Below are positions 37,983 to 48,432 of a stretch of 64,000 nucleotides of DNA, piece by piece. Origin of the DNA: Candidatus Kapaibacterium sp. (GTDB lineage Bacteria > Bacteroidota > Ignavibacteria > Kapaibacteriales > NICIL-2); assembly GCA_046297095.1 (NCBI GenBank), contig JBKCNS010000022.1:23756-87755 (forward strand), given 5' to 3'. Under the pieces are notes generated by a model that saw nothing but the letters and a program-made list of their open reading frames with translations, searched no databases and was not told the origin of the DNA. Positions within the stretch are counted from its first letter, which is position 1. Each line of letters starts with the position of its first letter. The translations under genes and the position numbers were made by a program.

Positions 37983-38018
37983 ATCGCAGATCGTACCACA
38001 CGGTCTGCGATTTTTTTT
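37983..38018 (+). terminator. intrinsic terminator
   Basis: 12-bp stem atcgcagatcgt-accac-acggtctgcgat followed by a T run. Confidence 0.88.
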
Positions 38019-38061
38019 GATGGATACTTGATGGATACCTGATGGATACCTGATGGATTCT
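38018..38061. repeat. tandem repeat, 4 x 11 bp (tgatggatacY)
   Basis: tgatggatact/tgatggatacc x2/tgatggattct. Confidence 0.9.
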
Positions 38062-38114
38062 TCACGACCACCGGAAGCTTTGGCCGGGTGTTACCTCGGT
38101 TTCACTCAACCGTA

Positions 38115-39581
38115 TCAGGACTTTGCGGGAGTGCGAGCAAAAAGAGAACGCAGTGCGCGGTTCTCCTGCGGGGTAAAGAAACCGCTAAGGCGCAGTAGTA
38201 TCACAAAGCCGGTAACGAGCAGGAGTTTTGCAGCTATTGCCCACGGAAGCATCAGTTCGGCAATACGTGTATTGGCAAAAAAGATTGCAGCACTGAGCAC
38301 CCAAATGCGCAGCACACGCCACCACTCATACTGCACGTTGAATACCCTCTGCGAGCTCAGCAGCATGATGCACGCCGAAACAGCGTATGCGCCAAAGGTG
38401 GCCCATGCGGCTCCGGTGTACGAGAGTGTGGGAATAAGCAGCACATTCAACGCTATGTTCACGGCGGCGGCAGAACCAACCACCAGCGGCAAGCGTCCGG
38501 TTTTTTTTGTGATGTGCAAACCCGCGGAGAGGTTCGAGGTCATGCCCGCAAAGTAGTAGGCTGCAGCCACGATGGGAACAATATGCAGTCCCTGCCAGTA
38601 CGAAGGATGAATGAGGGTACCACCGGGAAAAGGAAGCTGCACCACCACCGAGGCAAACAAACTGATAAGCAGAAACACCAGCGCGCTCATCAAAGTGAAG
38701 TACGTGAAGATGCGGCCGAACAACACCGGGGCATCGTCGTCCTCGGCATGTTGCAAGTAGAATGGTTTCCATGCATACTCAAACACCGACACGCACAACA
38801 TCATGGGAATGGCAAGGCGATAATTGGCGTTGTAAAGACCCACAATAAGCGGCGTCGTCATGGCAGTAAGTATGGGGCGATCGGCCACCTGCAGCAGCAT
38901 CGAGGCAAAGCCCGACGGAATGGTGGGAATGCCAAAGGCAGCAAGCTCACGTAGGCGCGAAGCTCCACGACGCAGCCCGCGAGCAATGTGCGGCGCAACG
39001 AGTATCACCGAAACCAGCGACGAACATGCACCTGCAATGAACACACCGCGCGAGCCCAACGACATACCCACAACGAGTATCACGTTCAATGCAATATTCA
39101 CCACCACCGACAGCACCTTATACGTGGCGAAGCGTCGAGCTTTGCGCTCCATGCGTAGCTGCGCAAACGGTATGATAGAAACAGCATCCAGAAAGGGTAT
39201 GAGCAGCAACAACGCGAAGAGCGAAGAGGGTGCATCCGGCCCAATACCGGCAAAAGGTGCCGTGTGCGCGCGAAGCACATAAAGAATACCGGACATGCAG
39301 GCCGCAATTCCCACCACGGGTACAAAGCTCTGCGTAAAGACCAAGGCCTTTTCGTTGTTGTCGCCTCGGTAAAATCTCATGAAGGCCGATTCAAAACCAA
39401 AGGCATAAAGAATATTGACAAAGGCAATAAGGGCGTACACGTTAGACACCACGCCAAGCTCCGACATCGTCAGGTAGTTGGTGTACAGCGGAGTAAGAAG
39501 AAACGTCAGGAAGCGCTGTATGATAGTGCTTGCTCCATACACCGCGGTGTCGGAGGCCAGTGATCGCAATTTTTCGCGCAT
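38115..39581 (-). CDS. polysaccharide flippase (Wzx/MOP family)
   Basis: LASDTAVYG..TI..RFL.FLL.PLYT start, ADR, VGLYNANYRL, about 14 TM helices. Confidence 0.85.
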   Translation of the reverse strand: MREKLRSLASDTAVYGASTIIQRFLTFLLTPLYTNYLTMSELGVVSNVYALIAFVNILYAFGFESAFMRFYRGDNNEKALVFTQSFVPVVGIAACMSGILYVLRAHTAPFAGIGPDAPSSLFALLLLIPFLDAVSIIPFAQLRMERKARRFATYKVLSVVVNIALNVILVVGMSLGSRGVFIAGACSSLVSVILVAPHIARGLRRGASRLRELAAFGIPTIPSGFASMLLQVADRPILTAMTTPLIVGLYNANYRLAIPMMLCVSVFEYAWKPFYLQHAEDDDAPVLFGRIFTYFTLMSALVFLLISLFASVVVQLPFPGGTLIHPSYWQGLHIVPIVAAAYYFAGMTSNLSAGLHITKKTGRLPLVVGSAAAVNIALNVLLIPTLSYTGAAWATFGAYAVSACIMLLSSQRVFNVQYEWWRVLRIWVLSAAIFFANTRIAELMLPWAIAAKLLLVTGFVILLRLSGFFTPQENRALRSLFARTPAKS

Positions 39582-39762
39582 AAATGATTCAGTGTGTCGC
39601 GGCGCAAAATACACAGGTTCGCATGTGTGCTGGAACCGCAGCGATCAAACCGACCACCTGTGGCACCTTTCCGCTGCGGAGCTGTAGCTTCGACGCTGCC
39701 CGATTGCATCACGCAATCGCAGCGTGTAACTTGCATAGTCGCTCACTTTACCAACTCACAAT

Positions 39763-41640
39763 ATGAGGTCTCCGGGTATGCGTTTTTTCGCTCGCGCTCT
39801 CAAACAAGCCACTCACATCGCTCGCGCCACACGCGCCACTTATGGCCTGGCTCTGATGCTGTTGATTACACACTCCGTGTTTGCGCAGGACGACACTCTT
39901 GCAACTCGCTTACGCAATCATGTGTATACGCTGGCGTCGCAGGATTTTGAGGGACGTTATCCCGGTACACCGGGCAATGAAAAGGCCGTGGCATACATAC
40001 GCTCGGAGTTTATGAAGATGGGCCTTCGTCCGGTAGGCAGCTCGTACACGCAGCAGTTTAACGTGCCCTCCGGCGTGGAGCTTGCAGGAGACAACTCAGT
40101 AAGCTTTGGCGTGATTATTCCCAAGCCTTTTGTTCCGGCATCGGAACTCAAGCCCATGAAGATAGGTTGGAAGACCGGCATAGACTACACGCCCGTCGGG
40201 TTCAGCACCAGTGCAAGTGTAAGCGGTGGCCTGACCTTTGTGGGATTCGGTATCACCGATAAAACCAAGAACCTCGACGACTACGCCGGTGTGGATGTAA
40301 AAGGAAAAGTGGTGGTGGTGCTTACCGGCGATCCGGCGAACTACAATCCGCACGCAGCTTTTAAGGGTACGGCGGCCATGCGTTCTCGCGCTATCAATGC
40401 CAGAGAACACGGTGCTGTGGGCGTAATCTTTGTGCACCCACAGGGAGACTCCGCCGAAGTATTGGTGCCGCTTCAAGCCGATTCCAAATCCGGTACCTCA
40501 GGAATAGTCATTGTTCACGCTCGGCGCTCGGCGCTCGCGCGTTTCTTCCCTAAACATCCGGACAGCACGCTGCTTGGGGCGGAGCAGTTTATCATGAAGT
40601 CGAAAGCATCACGGAGTTTTGATCTGCCGAATGCAACCGTTGCGCTTACCGTTGGACTGAAAACGGTGGAGTCCACCATCGATAATGTGATAGGCATGGT
40701 GCAAGGAACAGAGCGCCCCGACGAATACATCGTGGTGGGAGCGCATTTGGATCACCTCGGCTACGGTGATGAAAATTCGTTATACGCGGGAACAGATAAG
40801 AAGATTCACTTTGGAGCCGACGATAACGCGTCCGGTAGTGCCGGCATGATGGAACTTGCAGCGATGGTAGCTGCGCATCCACTTCCCAGAAGCGTGGTGT
40901 TCATTGCCTTCAACGCCGAGGAGCGTGGATTGCTGGGCTCGGTTCATTACACACGCGCTCCGCTTATTCCCCTGGAGAAAACAGTATGCATGATAAATCT
41001 GGACATGATCGGCCGTTTGAAGGACAACAAAATCAACATTCAGGGTGTGGGCAGTTCCTCGCGCTGGAAGCCCTTACTTGATAGTCTGAATGCTGCAAAG
41101 ACTTTTACTATAACCACCACCGACGATGGCCTTGGTCCCAGCGATCATTCCTCGTTTTATTCGAAAGACAAGCCGGTGTTGTTTTTGTTTACCGGATTGC
41201 ACAGCGATTATCATCGCCCTTCCGATACGCCCGATAAAATCAACTATGCCGGGCAGGCAGCGGTGGTGCGGTTTACCGAGTCGATACTACGCACGGTGGC
41301 AGGATGGTCTGCAGCGCCCGATTTTATCAAGGTGAAAACCGTGCAATCGGCCAGTGCCGGTTTTAATGTGGTGTTTGGAGTGATACCGGATTACGCTGAT
41401 CATCCTAAAGGTCTGCATATCACGGGTGTGCGCGAGGGCGGACCGGCAGCAAAAGCAGGTTTAGCTGCCGATGATATCATCACGAAGTTTGGAGCAACAC
41501 CGGTAAAGAACATTCACGATTTAACCTATTGCCTGGGGCAACACAAGCCCGGCGACATAGTGGATGTAACGGTATTGCGTGGCCCGCGTGAAGACAAAGA
41601 AGTTGTGATAAAAGTTACCTTGGAAGCGCGCAAGCAATAA
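39763..41640 (+). CDS. M28 family peptidase with PA and PDZ domains
   Basis: EGR.PG, GAHLDHLG, GADDNASG, AEERGLLGS, NLDMIG, SDH, YH..SD; C-terminal PDZ (GVIPD, GPAAKAGL). Confidence 0.92.
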   Translation: MRSPGMRFFARALKQATHIARATRATYGLALMLLITHSVFAQDDTLATRLRNHVYTLASQDFEGRYPGTPGNEKAVAYIRSEFMKMGLRPVGSSYTQQFNVPSGVELAGDNSVSFGVIIPKPFVPASELKPMKIGWKTGIDYTPVGFSTSASVSGGLTFVGFGITDKTKNLDDYAGVDVKGKVVVVLTGDPANYNPHAAFKGTAAMRSRAINAREHGAVGVIFVHPQGDSAEVLVPLQADSKSGTSGIVIVHARRSALARFFPKHPDSTLLGAEQFIMKSKASRSFDLPNATVALTVGLKTVESTIDNVIGMVQGTERPDEYIVVGAHLDHLGYGDENSLYAGTDKKIHFGADDNASGSAGMMELAAMVAAHPLPRSVVFIAFNAEERGLLGSVHYTRAPLIPLEKTVCMINLDMIGRLKDNKINIQGVGSSSRWKPLLDSLNAAKTFTITTTDDGLGPSDHSSFYSKDKPVLFLFTGLHSDYHRPSDTPDKINYAGQAAVVRFTESILRTVAGWSAAPDFIKVKTVQSASAGFNVVFGVIPDYADHPKGLHITGVREGGPAAKAGLAADDIITKFGATPVKNIHDLTYCLGQHKPGDIVDVTVLRGPREDKEVVIKVTLEARKQ

Positions 41641-41647
41641 GACGTTT

Positions 41648-41695
41648 GTTAGGAGGGCAGTGAGGAGGGCAGTGAGGAGGGCAGTGAAGTGGGCT
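41648..41695. repeat. tandem repeat, 4 x 12 bp (gtgaggagggca)
   Basis: fills most of the 65-bp gap between the convergent peptidase and kdsB genes. Confidence 0.88.
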
Positions 41696-41705
41696 ATGGA
41701 ACTAA

Positions 41706-42455
41706 TCACCCCTTTTGTTCAAGTGCCGCCCGAACTTTGAGTACATCCTCCGGTGTGTCTATTGCAATGAGTGTGTGCAATGTTTCGATGCACATGTATC
41801 GGGCCCCATCGGCAAGTAAACGCAATTGCTCCAAGCTCTCGGCCAGCTCGTACGGGTGTGGTGGCAAGGCAATAAAACGCGCCAGTGCAGCCGGCGTGTA
41901 GGCATACAAACCTATGTGTTTCCAAAAGCGCACTGCATCCAACCGTTGTTCGCCCCGAATGCCGCGCGTATGCGGTATTACCGACCGAGAGAAATACATG
42001 GCCGTGCCATCGCTGCGGCGTGTCACTTTACAAATGGTTGGATTGTCCAGGTCGTCTGCCAACGTAAGCGGTGTGACAGGCGTACATACATCGGCCTGCG
42101 ATTCTACCAAGCCCAGCACAAGCTCGTTGAGCAGCGATGGCTGCAACAAAGGTTCGTCACCTTGAACATTCAGAATGACATCGTACGATGCACCAAGCAC
42201 CGCTGCGGCAGCGGCCACACGATCGGTACCTGAGGGCAGTTCAGTAGAAGTCATTACACAGCCCACGCCAATGCGTTCGCACTCCGCCTCGATGCGGATG
42301 TCGTCGGTGGCAACGAGTACGTCCGTAATGCTCTGTGCCGCTTGGGCAGCACGCACCACGCGCTCCAGCATAGTGGCTCCGCATAGGTCTACAAGCGGCT
42401 TCCCGGGGAAGCGCGTAGAGGCATAGCGGGCAGGTATAACTGCAAGAGCACGCAT
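41706..42455 (-). CDS. kdsB: 3-deoxy-manno-octulosonate cytidylyltransferase
   Basis: IPARYASTRFPGKPL, ATDD, SGTDR, NVQGDEP, YFSR, HIGLY, ESLEQLR. Confidence 0.95.
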   Translation of the reverse strand: MRALAVIPARYASTRFPGKPLVDLCGATMLERVVRAAQAAQSITDVLVATDDIRIEAECERIGVGCVMTSTELPSGTDRVAAAAAVLGASYDVILNVQGDEPLLQPSLLNELVLGLVESQADVCTPVTPLTLADDLDNPTICKVTRRSDGTAMYFSRSVIPHTRGIRGEQRLDAVRFWKHIGLYAYTPAALARFIALPPHPYELAESLEQLRLLADGARYMCIETLHTLIAIDTPEDVLKVRAALEQKG

Positions 42456-42520
42456 AACGAGTACGTGAAAATTGGTAACTGATCCGAGGTACAACGTGAA
42501 GGCCGGTCCACGTACCTGCC

Positions 42521-43615
42521 TTATGCCAGGAACGGCATTTTTACTACTTCCGCGGGGAAGGTTTTGCCGCGCGCAGAAATATCTATCATCGTTCCCGGTG
42601 CCGCCAAATGCGCGGGCACGTATCCCATGGCAATTGCCTTTGAAAGCGACGGCGCAATATTTCCGCTGGTCACCACGCCTACAGCTTCGCCGTTGTGATG
42701 AATCTCGTAACCGTGACGTGCGATGAACTTATCAACGTGAACAACCAAGCCAACCAGTTTGCGGCTCACGCCGGCCTCTTTAACGGCACTGATTGCTTCG
42801 CTTCCATTGAAGGGGCCTTTGGCAAGTTTGGTAATCCAGCCCAGGCCTGCTTCCAGAGGGTTTGTGGTTTCGTCGATATCATTACCATACAGACAGTATC
42901 CTTTTTCAAGGCGCAAGGTATCACGAGCACCCAAGCCAACCGGCTCTATGCCGAACTCTGCACCCGCTTCGAACACCGCGTTCCATACCTCTGTGCACAC
43001 AGATTCATCGCCTTCAAAATATATTTCCATGCCCAGCTCGCCCGTGTAGCCGGTGCGCGAGAGTATCATGGGCTTACCCGCCAGCGTTCCTTGTACAAAG
43101 GAGTAATAAGGGATCTCCGAGAGATTCGTGGAAGTAAGTTTTTGCAGCGCGGCTAACGACTGCGGTCCCTGAATGGCCAGCAGATTGATGTCGTCACTTT
43201 TGTTGGTGATCACGCAATCTGCAAAGGTGGAGGCATTGGTCACCGCCCAGTTCCAATCCTTATCCATGCATGCGCCGTTTACCACCATCATGTAGTGATT
43301 TTCTTCCAGCATGTACACAAGAAGGTCATCCACAATGCCGCCGTGCGGAAGGCACATAGCGGAGTATTGCGCTTTGCCCGGCGTCAGTTTGCTTACATCG
43401 TTTACCGTGAGTTTCTGAAGAAACGCCAAACTGTCTGCGCCGCACACATCGAATTCTCCCATGTGGCTTACGTCGAACACACCCACAGCATTGCGCACCA
43501 CACTGTGCTCGTGCATGATACCGCCTGCATACTGAATGGGCATTTCGAATCCGGCGAACTCAACCATTTTAGCTGTATGAGCCACGTGTAGGGCGTGAAA
43601 ACGAGTTTGTTTCAT
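42521..43615 (-). CDS. gcvT: glycine cleavage system aminomethyltransferase T
   Basis: FDVSHMG, IQGP, RTGYTGE, GLGARDTLRLE.G..LYG; TATATTTG at 43660-43667 (minus). Confidence 0.96.
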   Translation of the reverse strand: MKQTRFHALHVAHTAKMVEFAGFEMPIQYAGGIMHEHSVVRNAVGVFDVSHMGEFDVCGADSLAFLQKLTVNDVSKLTPGKAQYSAMCLPHGGIVDDLLVYMLEENHYMMVVNGACMDKDWNWAVTNASTFADCVITNKSDDINLLAIQGPQSLAALQKLTSTNLSEIPYYSFVQGTLAGKPMILSRTGYTGELGMEIYFEGDESVCTEVWNAVFEAGAEFGIEPVGLGARDTLRLEKGYCLYGNDIDETTNPLEAGLGWITKLAKGPFNGSEAISAVKEAGVSRKLVGLVVHVDKFIARHGYEIHHNGEAVGVVTSGNIAPSLSKAIAMGYVPAHLAAPGTMIDISARGKTFPAEVVKMPFLA

Positions 43616-43758
43616 GATCTTTTGATACGGTAGTAATGGTAGAACCAAGGTTAGTTGCGCAAATATAGGGCAATGCGCGAAGCTGAACGGATATGGCGAT
43701 ATTCTCTGCCGGTATAGTGGGGAAGGATCACATACCTACGAGTATTGAAGAACCCCGG

Positions 43759-43795
43759 GAGTGTGTTCGCAGAGTGTGTTCGCAGAGTGTGGGCA
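43759..43795. repeat. tandem repeat, about 2.5 x 13 bp (gagtgtgttcgca)
   Basis: intergenic between the response regulator and gcvT. Confidence 0.75.
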
Positions 43796-43864
43796 GGGCA
43801 GTGGCAGAGTAAATGCCAGGTAGCGGCGGAGTAGGTTAGGTTCAGCACACCGCAGGCGCAACGC

Positions 43865-44557
43865 TTACCTAAAGCGGTAGCCCACACCTTTTACGGTCTC
43901 GAGCATTTCGCTGTACGGACCAAGTTTGTCGCGAAGCTTAGAGATGTGCACATCAACAGTACGATCCACCACGTACACGCTTTCGCCCCAAATGCGGGAG
44001 AGCAGGGATTCTCGGCTGAATACTTTTCCCCTGTTTGCCACAAGAAAGGCCAGAAGTTCAAACTCTTTCTTTGGAAGGAATTGCTCTTTGTCTGCAATGC
44101 GTACGGTGTAATTCTGCCTATTGATTTCAAGATTTTCCACGCGCAGAATTTCGGGAGCAGTAATTGTCTCGGTACGAACCTTCTCTGCGCCTCGGCGTAT
44201 CAAAGATTTTACACGGGCAGCCAGTACGCTCGGCGATACCGGCTTGCGCACGTAGTCGTCTGCGCCCAGCTCTAAACCCAAGATCTGATCTATATCCTCG
44301 CCCTTGGCGGTAAGAAACATGATAGGGCAGTTGACGGTGCCGGAGGAACGTATCTGCTTGCATACGTCATAGCCATCTAGTCCCGGCATCATCACATCCA
44401 GAATCACCACGTCCGGCTGCATAGACTCTGCAGTCTCTTTGGCCTTGGTACTATCTGCGAGCGTCACTACTTCGTAGCCCTCCTTGCGGAGGTTGTAGGA
44501 GATCAGATCCAAAAGATCCTGCTCATCATCAACAACAAGTATTTTTTTAGGCCGCAT
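43865..44557 (-). CDS. OmpR/PhoB family response regulator
   Basis: VVDDE, LDVMMP, LTAK, GADDY..KP, KEFELL, DRTVDVHI.KLR, TVKGVGY; TATTTTTG at 44609-44616 (minus). Confidence 0.94.
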   Translation of the reverse strand: MRPKKILVVDDEQDLLDLISYNLRKEGYEVVTLADSTKAKETAESMQPDVVILDVMMPGLDGYDVCKQIRSSGTVNCPIMFLTAKGEDIDQILGLELGADDYVRKPVSPSVLAARVKSLIRRGAEKVRTETITAPEILRVENLEINRQNYTVRIADKEQFLPKKEFELLAFLVANRGKVFSRESLLSRIWGESVYVVDRTVDVHISKLRDKLGPYSEMLETVKGVGYRFR

Positions 44558-44820
44558 ATGTGCTGCTTCCCACAGCGGATAAAGTGTGATTGCTCGGTAC
44601 TTCTGCTGCAAAAATACGTTGCAATAGTCCGGTGGTGGTCGCGGAACGCTTTACGAATACGTAACACTGGCTGTGTGGGGCGTGGTGGCCTGGCATTTTC
44701 CTGTGTAGCTGTAGCCCGGCTTGCGCCTTCAGTTTTTTGGTACTTTGCACCGGCTAATGAATCTCGGTGCCAACCTTCCACACAGCTATGCCCGGTTACG
44801 GAAATTCAAAAAATAAACGC

Positions 44821-46398
44821 ATGACTCTGCGCCAACGATACCTTCGGGTACCGCTGCGTGTGCGTTTGACTGTGTGGTATACCGTGATTCTTTCGGTGGC
44901 ACTTGTTGCTTTTAGTTTATTTACCTACGTAACGGTTTCCAACAGCTTGCATTCGAATATGGATGTGATGCTTACCGAGGTGTCGCGTTCTGTTGATGTA
45001 GTCATCTCCGAGCGAATTCGCCAAAGCAAATCGGAGACGGGAATTCAACGCGATTCTTCCGCCACCAATGTTGGCACTGCTGCTTCACAGAAGCCTGATT
45101 CCGTACCGGCTCGCCCGCCTAAGAGTAAAAACGTCACGACGGATACGACAGGAATAGGTATCGATAATCTTTCCTTCGAAGAGCTCAGCACGCTGGTATC
45201 GCAGGGGATTTTTACTCGAAGCGGTCCGTCGTTCGTGTTTATGCGAGCGGGAAATTTCTTTGTGCAATTCGCCGACTTGAAGGGGAACGTGTATTGGCGT
45301 TCCGAAAATCTTCGTGACTACTCATTACCCACGTACACAGATGTGTCCGACGGTATGGATGCCGGCCAGGTGTTCCTGGAAGCGCGCCTGAACAAGCAAT
45401 CGTTGCGCGTGTTGTGCATGCGCGGAAGCGTGAGCGAGCTCAGCGTTGGATACAGCATTCAAGAGGTGGACGAGATTCTTCGTCAACTTCGAAACACCTT
45501 CGAAATAGGATTTTCTATTGCACTGGTGTTTGCTGTAGTGATTGGATACCTGCTTGCTCGATACTCCTTGCAACAGGTGGACATTATTACCAATGCCGCA
45601 AAACGTATCACGGCGGAGAATCTGAGCAAGCGATTGCCCCTGCCGGTCACGAACGACGAAATTGCTCGCCTTACTACAACGCTCAATGCCATGATTGCCC
45701 GCTTGGATATTTCGTTTACCCAAGTACGGCAATTCACCAGCGACGTATCACACGAGCTGCGCACTCCGCTGGCAATTCTGATGGGTGAGTTGGAGCTGGC
45801 CCTGCGCAACGAAATGGAGCCCGATGATTATCATGCATTGGTGGTGAGTGCGCTCGAAGAAGTAATGAGACTATCGAAAATGGTGAGCAGTCTTTTGGAA
45901 ATTTCTCGCGCGGAAACAGGGCAGGTGCGACTGCAAAAAGCATTGTTTGATATTTCTAAAGTGGTGACGAATATCTGCGACGACATGCAGATACTTGCCG
46001 AGGATAAATCAATCACGCTCGAGACCGATATTCAGCCCTACGTGACAATTGTAGCAGATGAATCGCGCTTGCATCAAATGCTTATAAACGTGATCGATAA
46101 TGCTATCAAATACACTCCTCGCAACGGCTCAGTAAAGGTGTCTTTGTCTACACGTGGCTCACAAACGAAAATCGAAATCAGTGATACCGGCGTGGGCATA
46201 TCGGAAGAGGATCAGTCATTCATTTTCAATCGATTCTATCGTGTAGATCAATCCCGCTCTAACGACGTTGTGGGAAGCGGCCTGGGGCTGTCCATTGTTC
46301 GATGGATCGTGGAGGCACACCAGGGTACCATCAAAGTAAAGAGCGAGTTGGGCGAAGGCTCCACCTTTACCATTATACTTCCCTACGAGACCACCTGA
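44821..46398 (+). CDS. membrane sensor histidine kinase (HAMP-HisKA-HATPase)
   Basis: two TM helices, HAMP (DEIARL), SHELRTPL, NVIDNAIKY, DTGVGI, FYR, GSGLGLSI. Confidence 0.94.
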   Translation: MTLRQRYLRVPLRVRLTVWYTVILSVALVAFSLFTYVTVSNSLHSNMDVMLTEVSRSVDVVISERIRQSKSETGIQRDSSATNVGTAASQKPDSVPARPPKSKNVTTDTTGIGIDNLSFEELSTLVSQGIFTRSGPSFVFMRAGNFFVQFADLKGNVYWRSENLRDYSLPTYTDVSDGMDAGQVFLEARLNKQSLRVLCMRGSVSELSVGYSIQEVDEILRQLRNTFEIGFSIALVFAVVIGYLLARYSLQQVDIITNAAKRITAENLSKRLPLPVTNDEIARLTTTLNAMIARLDISFTQVRQFTSDVSHELRTPLAILMGELELALRNEMEPDDYHALVVSALEEVMRLSKMVSSLLEISRAETGQVRLQKALFDISKVVTNICDDMQILAEDKSITLETDIQPYVTIVADESRLHQMLINVIDNAIKYTPRNGSVKVSLSTRGSQTKIEISDTGVGISEEDQSFIFNRFYRVDQSRSNDVVGSGLGLSIVRWIVEAHQGTIKVKSELGEGSTFTIILPYETT

Positions 46399-46506
46399 CG
46401 ATTGCCGTTTCGGACTCGTTGAGTCCGGCAAATGAAAATTTAGTTTGCGGGTATTATGTACTTTGCGAATTCTTAACACGTATCCCACTACGCACATCAA
46501 CGGTTC

Positions 46507-47730
46507 ATGAAGTTACGTACGGTAGTTGCTCGCAGTGTGCTGTTCGCTTGGTTGAGTTTTGTTTCGCTGAATTGTTCATCTGATGAAACAAAGAACGAAC
46601 CGGCTGATGAACAGCGAATAGCAGCAGAGTCGGCAGCAAGAGATTCCGCAGCCGCTCGAAAAAAATTGCAACAAAAACAAGATTCACTGCAATCAACTGC
46701 CGAGCTGCAGGCCATTGCCATGTCCGCATCGAAGGTGCCGCCGCTGCAGGGCCGCTCTGTGTGCCTTTCGCTGTGCGGTATCGATAGCAGACTGAACACG
46801 CCATCGGGTAGGGCCGACGCCAATCACGTGTTGCGCTTTTGGCTGGATGAAGGCGCAGTAGAGATAATCGACATTCCCAGAGGTACCTATGCCGATGTGG
46901 GACTGGACAGCGCATATAATTTTATCGCCAATCTTCGCGCGCATAAAGGTCGTGCCACCTATCTCAAAACAATAGCCCAGATAGCCGGTGTGCCGCGCAT
47001 CGACTACTACTGTGAAGTAGGATTGTCTCAAGCTTTGGGCATTCTTGAGCTGCTGGGTCACAAAGACAACGCGCAGGAAACTCTTCGAGCACTTCGCACG
47101 CGCCACGCATTTGCCACCGGCGATTTTCAGCGCTCGTATAATCAGGGAACGTTCTTGAAGCAAACCATGATGAAGCACTTTGGCAAATCAACCTCGTGGT
47201 ATCGCGATCCCTTGCTTCGCGCCGGCTTGCTCTTGGCAGATACAGACATTCCGCTGGATACGGTGAAGTACATCATTGATGCCTTGGATGCCAATGGTTT
47301 CCCTGCGAACGGAAAGTGTTACGTGTACATTAAGCCCACCTATTCTTACCGCCTGCCCGAGTATGATTTTACCGGCAGCGAGAGTATTGCCAAGATCGGC
47401 AAGAAGATCGATGAGCGCATGAAGATTGAAGGCTTGGAGCATACCGATGTGCAGGGCGATTATGTGCGCCGGCTAGATGCAATTGTAGCGAAGGCCGCTG
47501 CCGACAGTGCCCGCAGACCGCTGGCTGCAGTAACCACTCTGCGCCGCGTATTTGAACAGCGTGCATGGATGCAGGTGAACGACAAAGCCTATCGCAAGGT
47601 AGTGTTCACGCGTATATGCATGATGATGGAGCAGTGCCTGATCAATGCCAAGCGAGCCAAAGATGCTGCGGTGATTCGCAAGTATTACGAAGACCACCAG
47701 GCCGTAGTAGAGCCCGCCCTCTCGCGGTAG
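46507..47730 (+). CDS. LytR-CpsA-Psr (LCP)-like lipoprotein
   Basis: GIDSR....GRAD, IPR, R.R.....GDFQR motifs; lipobox-like VSLN-C. Confidence 0.65.
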   Translation: MKLRTVVARSVLFAWLSFVSLNCSSDETKNEPADEQRIAAESAARDSAAARKKLQQKQDSLQSTAELQAIAMSASKVPPLQGRSVCLSLCGIDSRLNTPSGRADANHVLRFWLDEGAVEIIDIPRGTYADVGLDSAYNFIANLRAHKGRATYLKTIAQIAGVPRIDYYCEVGLSQALGILELLGHKDNAQETLRALRTRHAFATGDFQRSYNQGTFLKQTMMKHFGKSTSWYRDPLLRAGLLLADTDIPLDTVKYIIDALDANGFPANGKCYVYIKPTYSYRLPEYDFTGSESIAKIGKKIDERMKIEGLEHTDVQGDYVRRLDAIVAKAAADSARRPLAAVTTLRRVFEQRAWMQVNDKAYRKVVFTRICMMMEQCLINAKRAKDAAVIRKYYEDHQAVVEPALSR

Positions 47731-47832
47731 ATTCTGCGTCGGTTGTATGGAACACACTTCGCCCCGTTCCTCGTGTTTAGAACGCAGCTCGAAGGTAGCT
47801 TGAAGGTAGGTCGACTGTGCCTCGAACCGATT

Positions 47833-47860
47833 AGCCCCGCACGCTAAGCCCCGCACGCTA
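47833..47860. repeat. tandem duplication, 2 x 14 bp (agccccgcacgcta)
   Basis: 3 nt from the rfbC stop. Confidence 0.75.
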
Positions 47861-47863
47861 ACA

Positions 47864-48430
47864 CTACCCTTGCATGCTAAACAGCCTTGCTTCCGGTTTG
47901 GCAAACCATTCATCCATGTGCATGGCTGCTTCGTCTTTAGCAGAGAGCAGAGGTTTGTCGGTAGACCACGCCATTCCGAAACTATCCCACCGAATGCTGC
48001 CCTCGGCGCCGGGGTTGTATAGAGCGGTGCATTTGTAGCACACGTCGGCTTCATCAGACAGCACCAGAAAGCCGTTGGCGAATCCCGGTGGTATCCATAC
48101 CACAAGATTGTTCACATCATCCACGCGCAAGGATACATGCCGGCCGCGGGTGGGTGAGTCTATTCGAATATCCAGCTCTACGAGTTCGATGGCGCCACGT
48201 ACCACGCGCAACAATTTTCCCATGGGCTCATCCCACTGGAAGTGCATGCCCCGCAGTACACCTTTGGCAGATCGGGAATGATTGTCTTGGACGAAGCTAG
48301 ATGGCAGGCCGGCTTCGCGAAACGCCTGCTCGCTGAAACTCTCCAGAAAGAAACCACGATGATCGCGGAATACCTGCGGAGCCAGCACCGTTACGCCGCC
48401 TAGATGGGTTGAATGAATGGATAGAGGCAT
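47864..48430 (-). CDS. rfbC: dTDP-4-dehydrorhamnose 3,5-epimerase
   Basis: DHRGFF.E, QDNHSRS..GVLRGMHFQ, DIR.DSPT.G, PPGFANGF, YKC. Confidence 0.93.
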   Translation of the reverse strand: MPLSIHSTHLGGVTVLAPQVFRDHRGFFLESFSEQAFREAGLPSSFVQDNHSRSAKGVLRGMHFQWDEPMGKLLRVVRGAIELVELDIRIDSPTRGRHVSLRVDDVNNLVVWIPPGFANGFLVLSDEADVCYKCTALYNPGAEGSIRWDSFGMAWSTDKPLLSAKDEAAMHMDEWFAKPEARLFSMQG

Positions 48431-48432
48431 AG

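Noticed and set aside
41648-41695. Repeated AGGAGG as multiple ribosome-binding sites
   Set aside because: Lies between two convergent stop codons with no credible ORF after it; treated as a tandem duplication.
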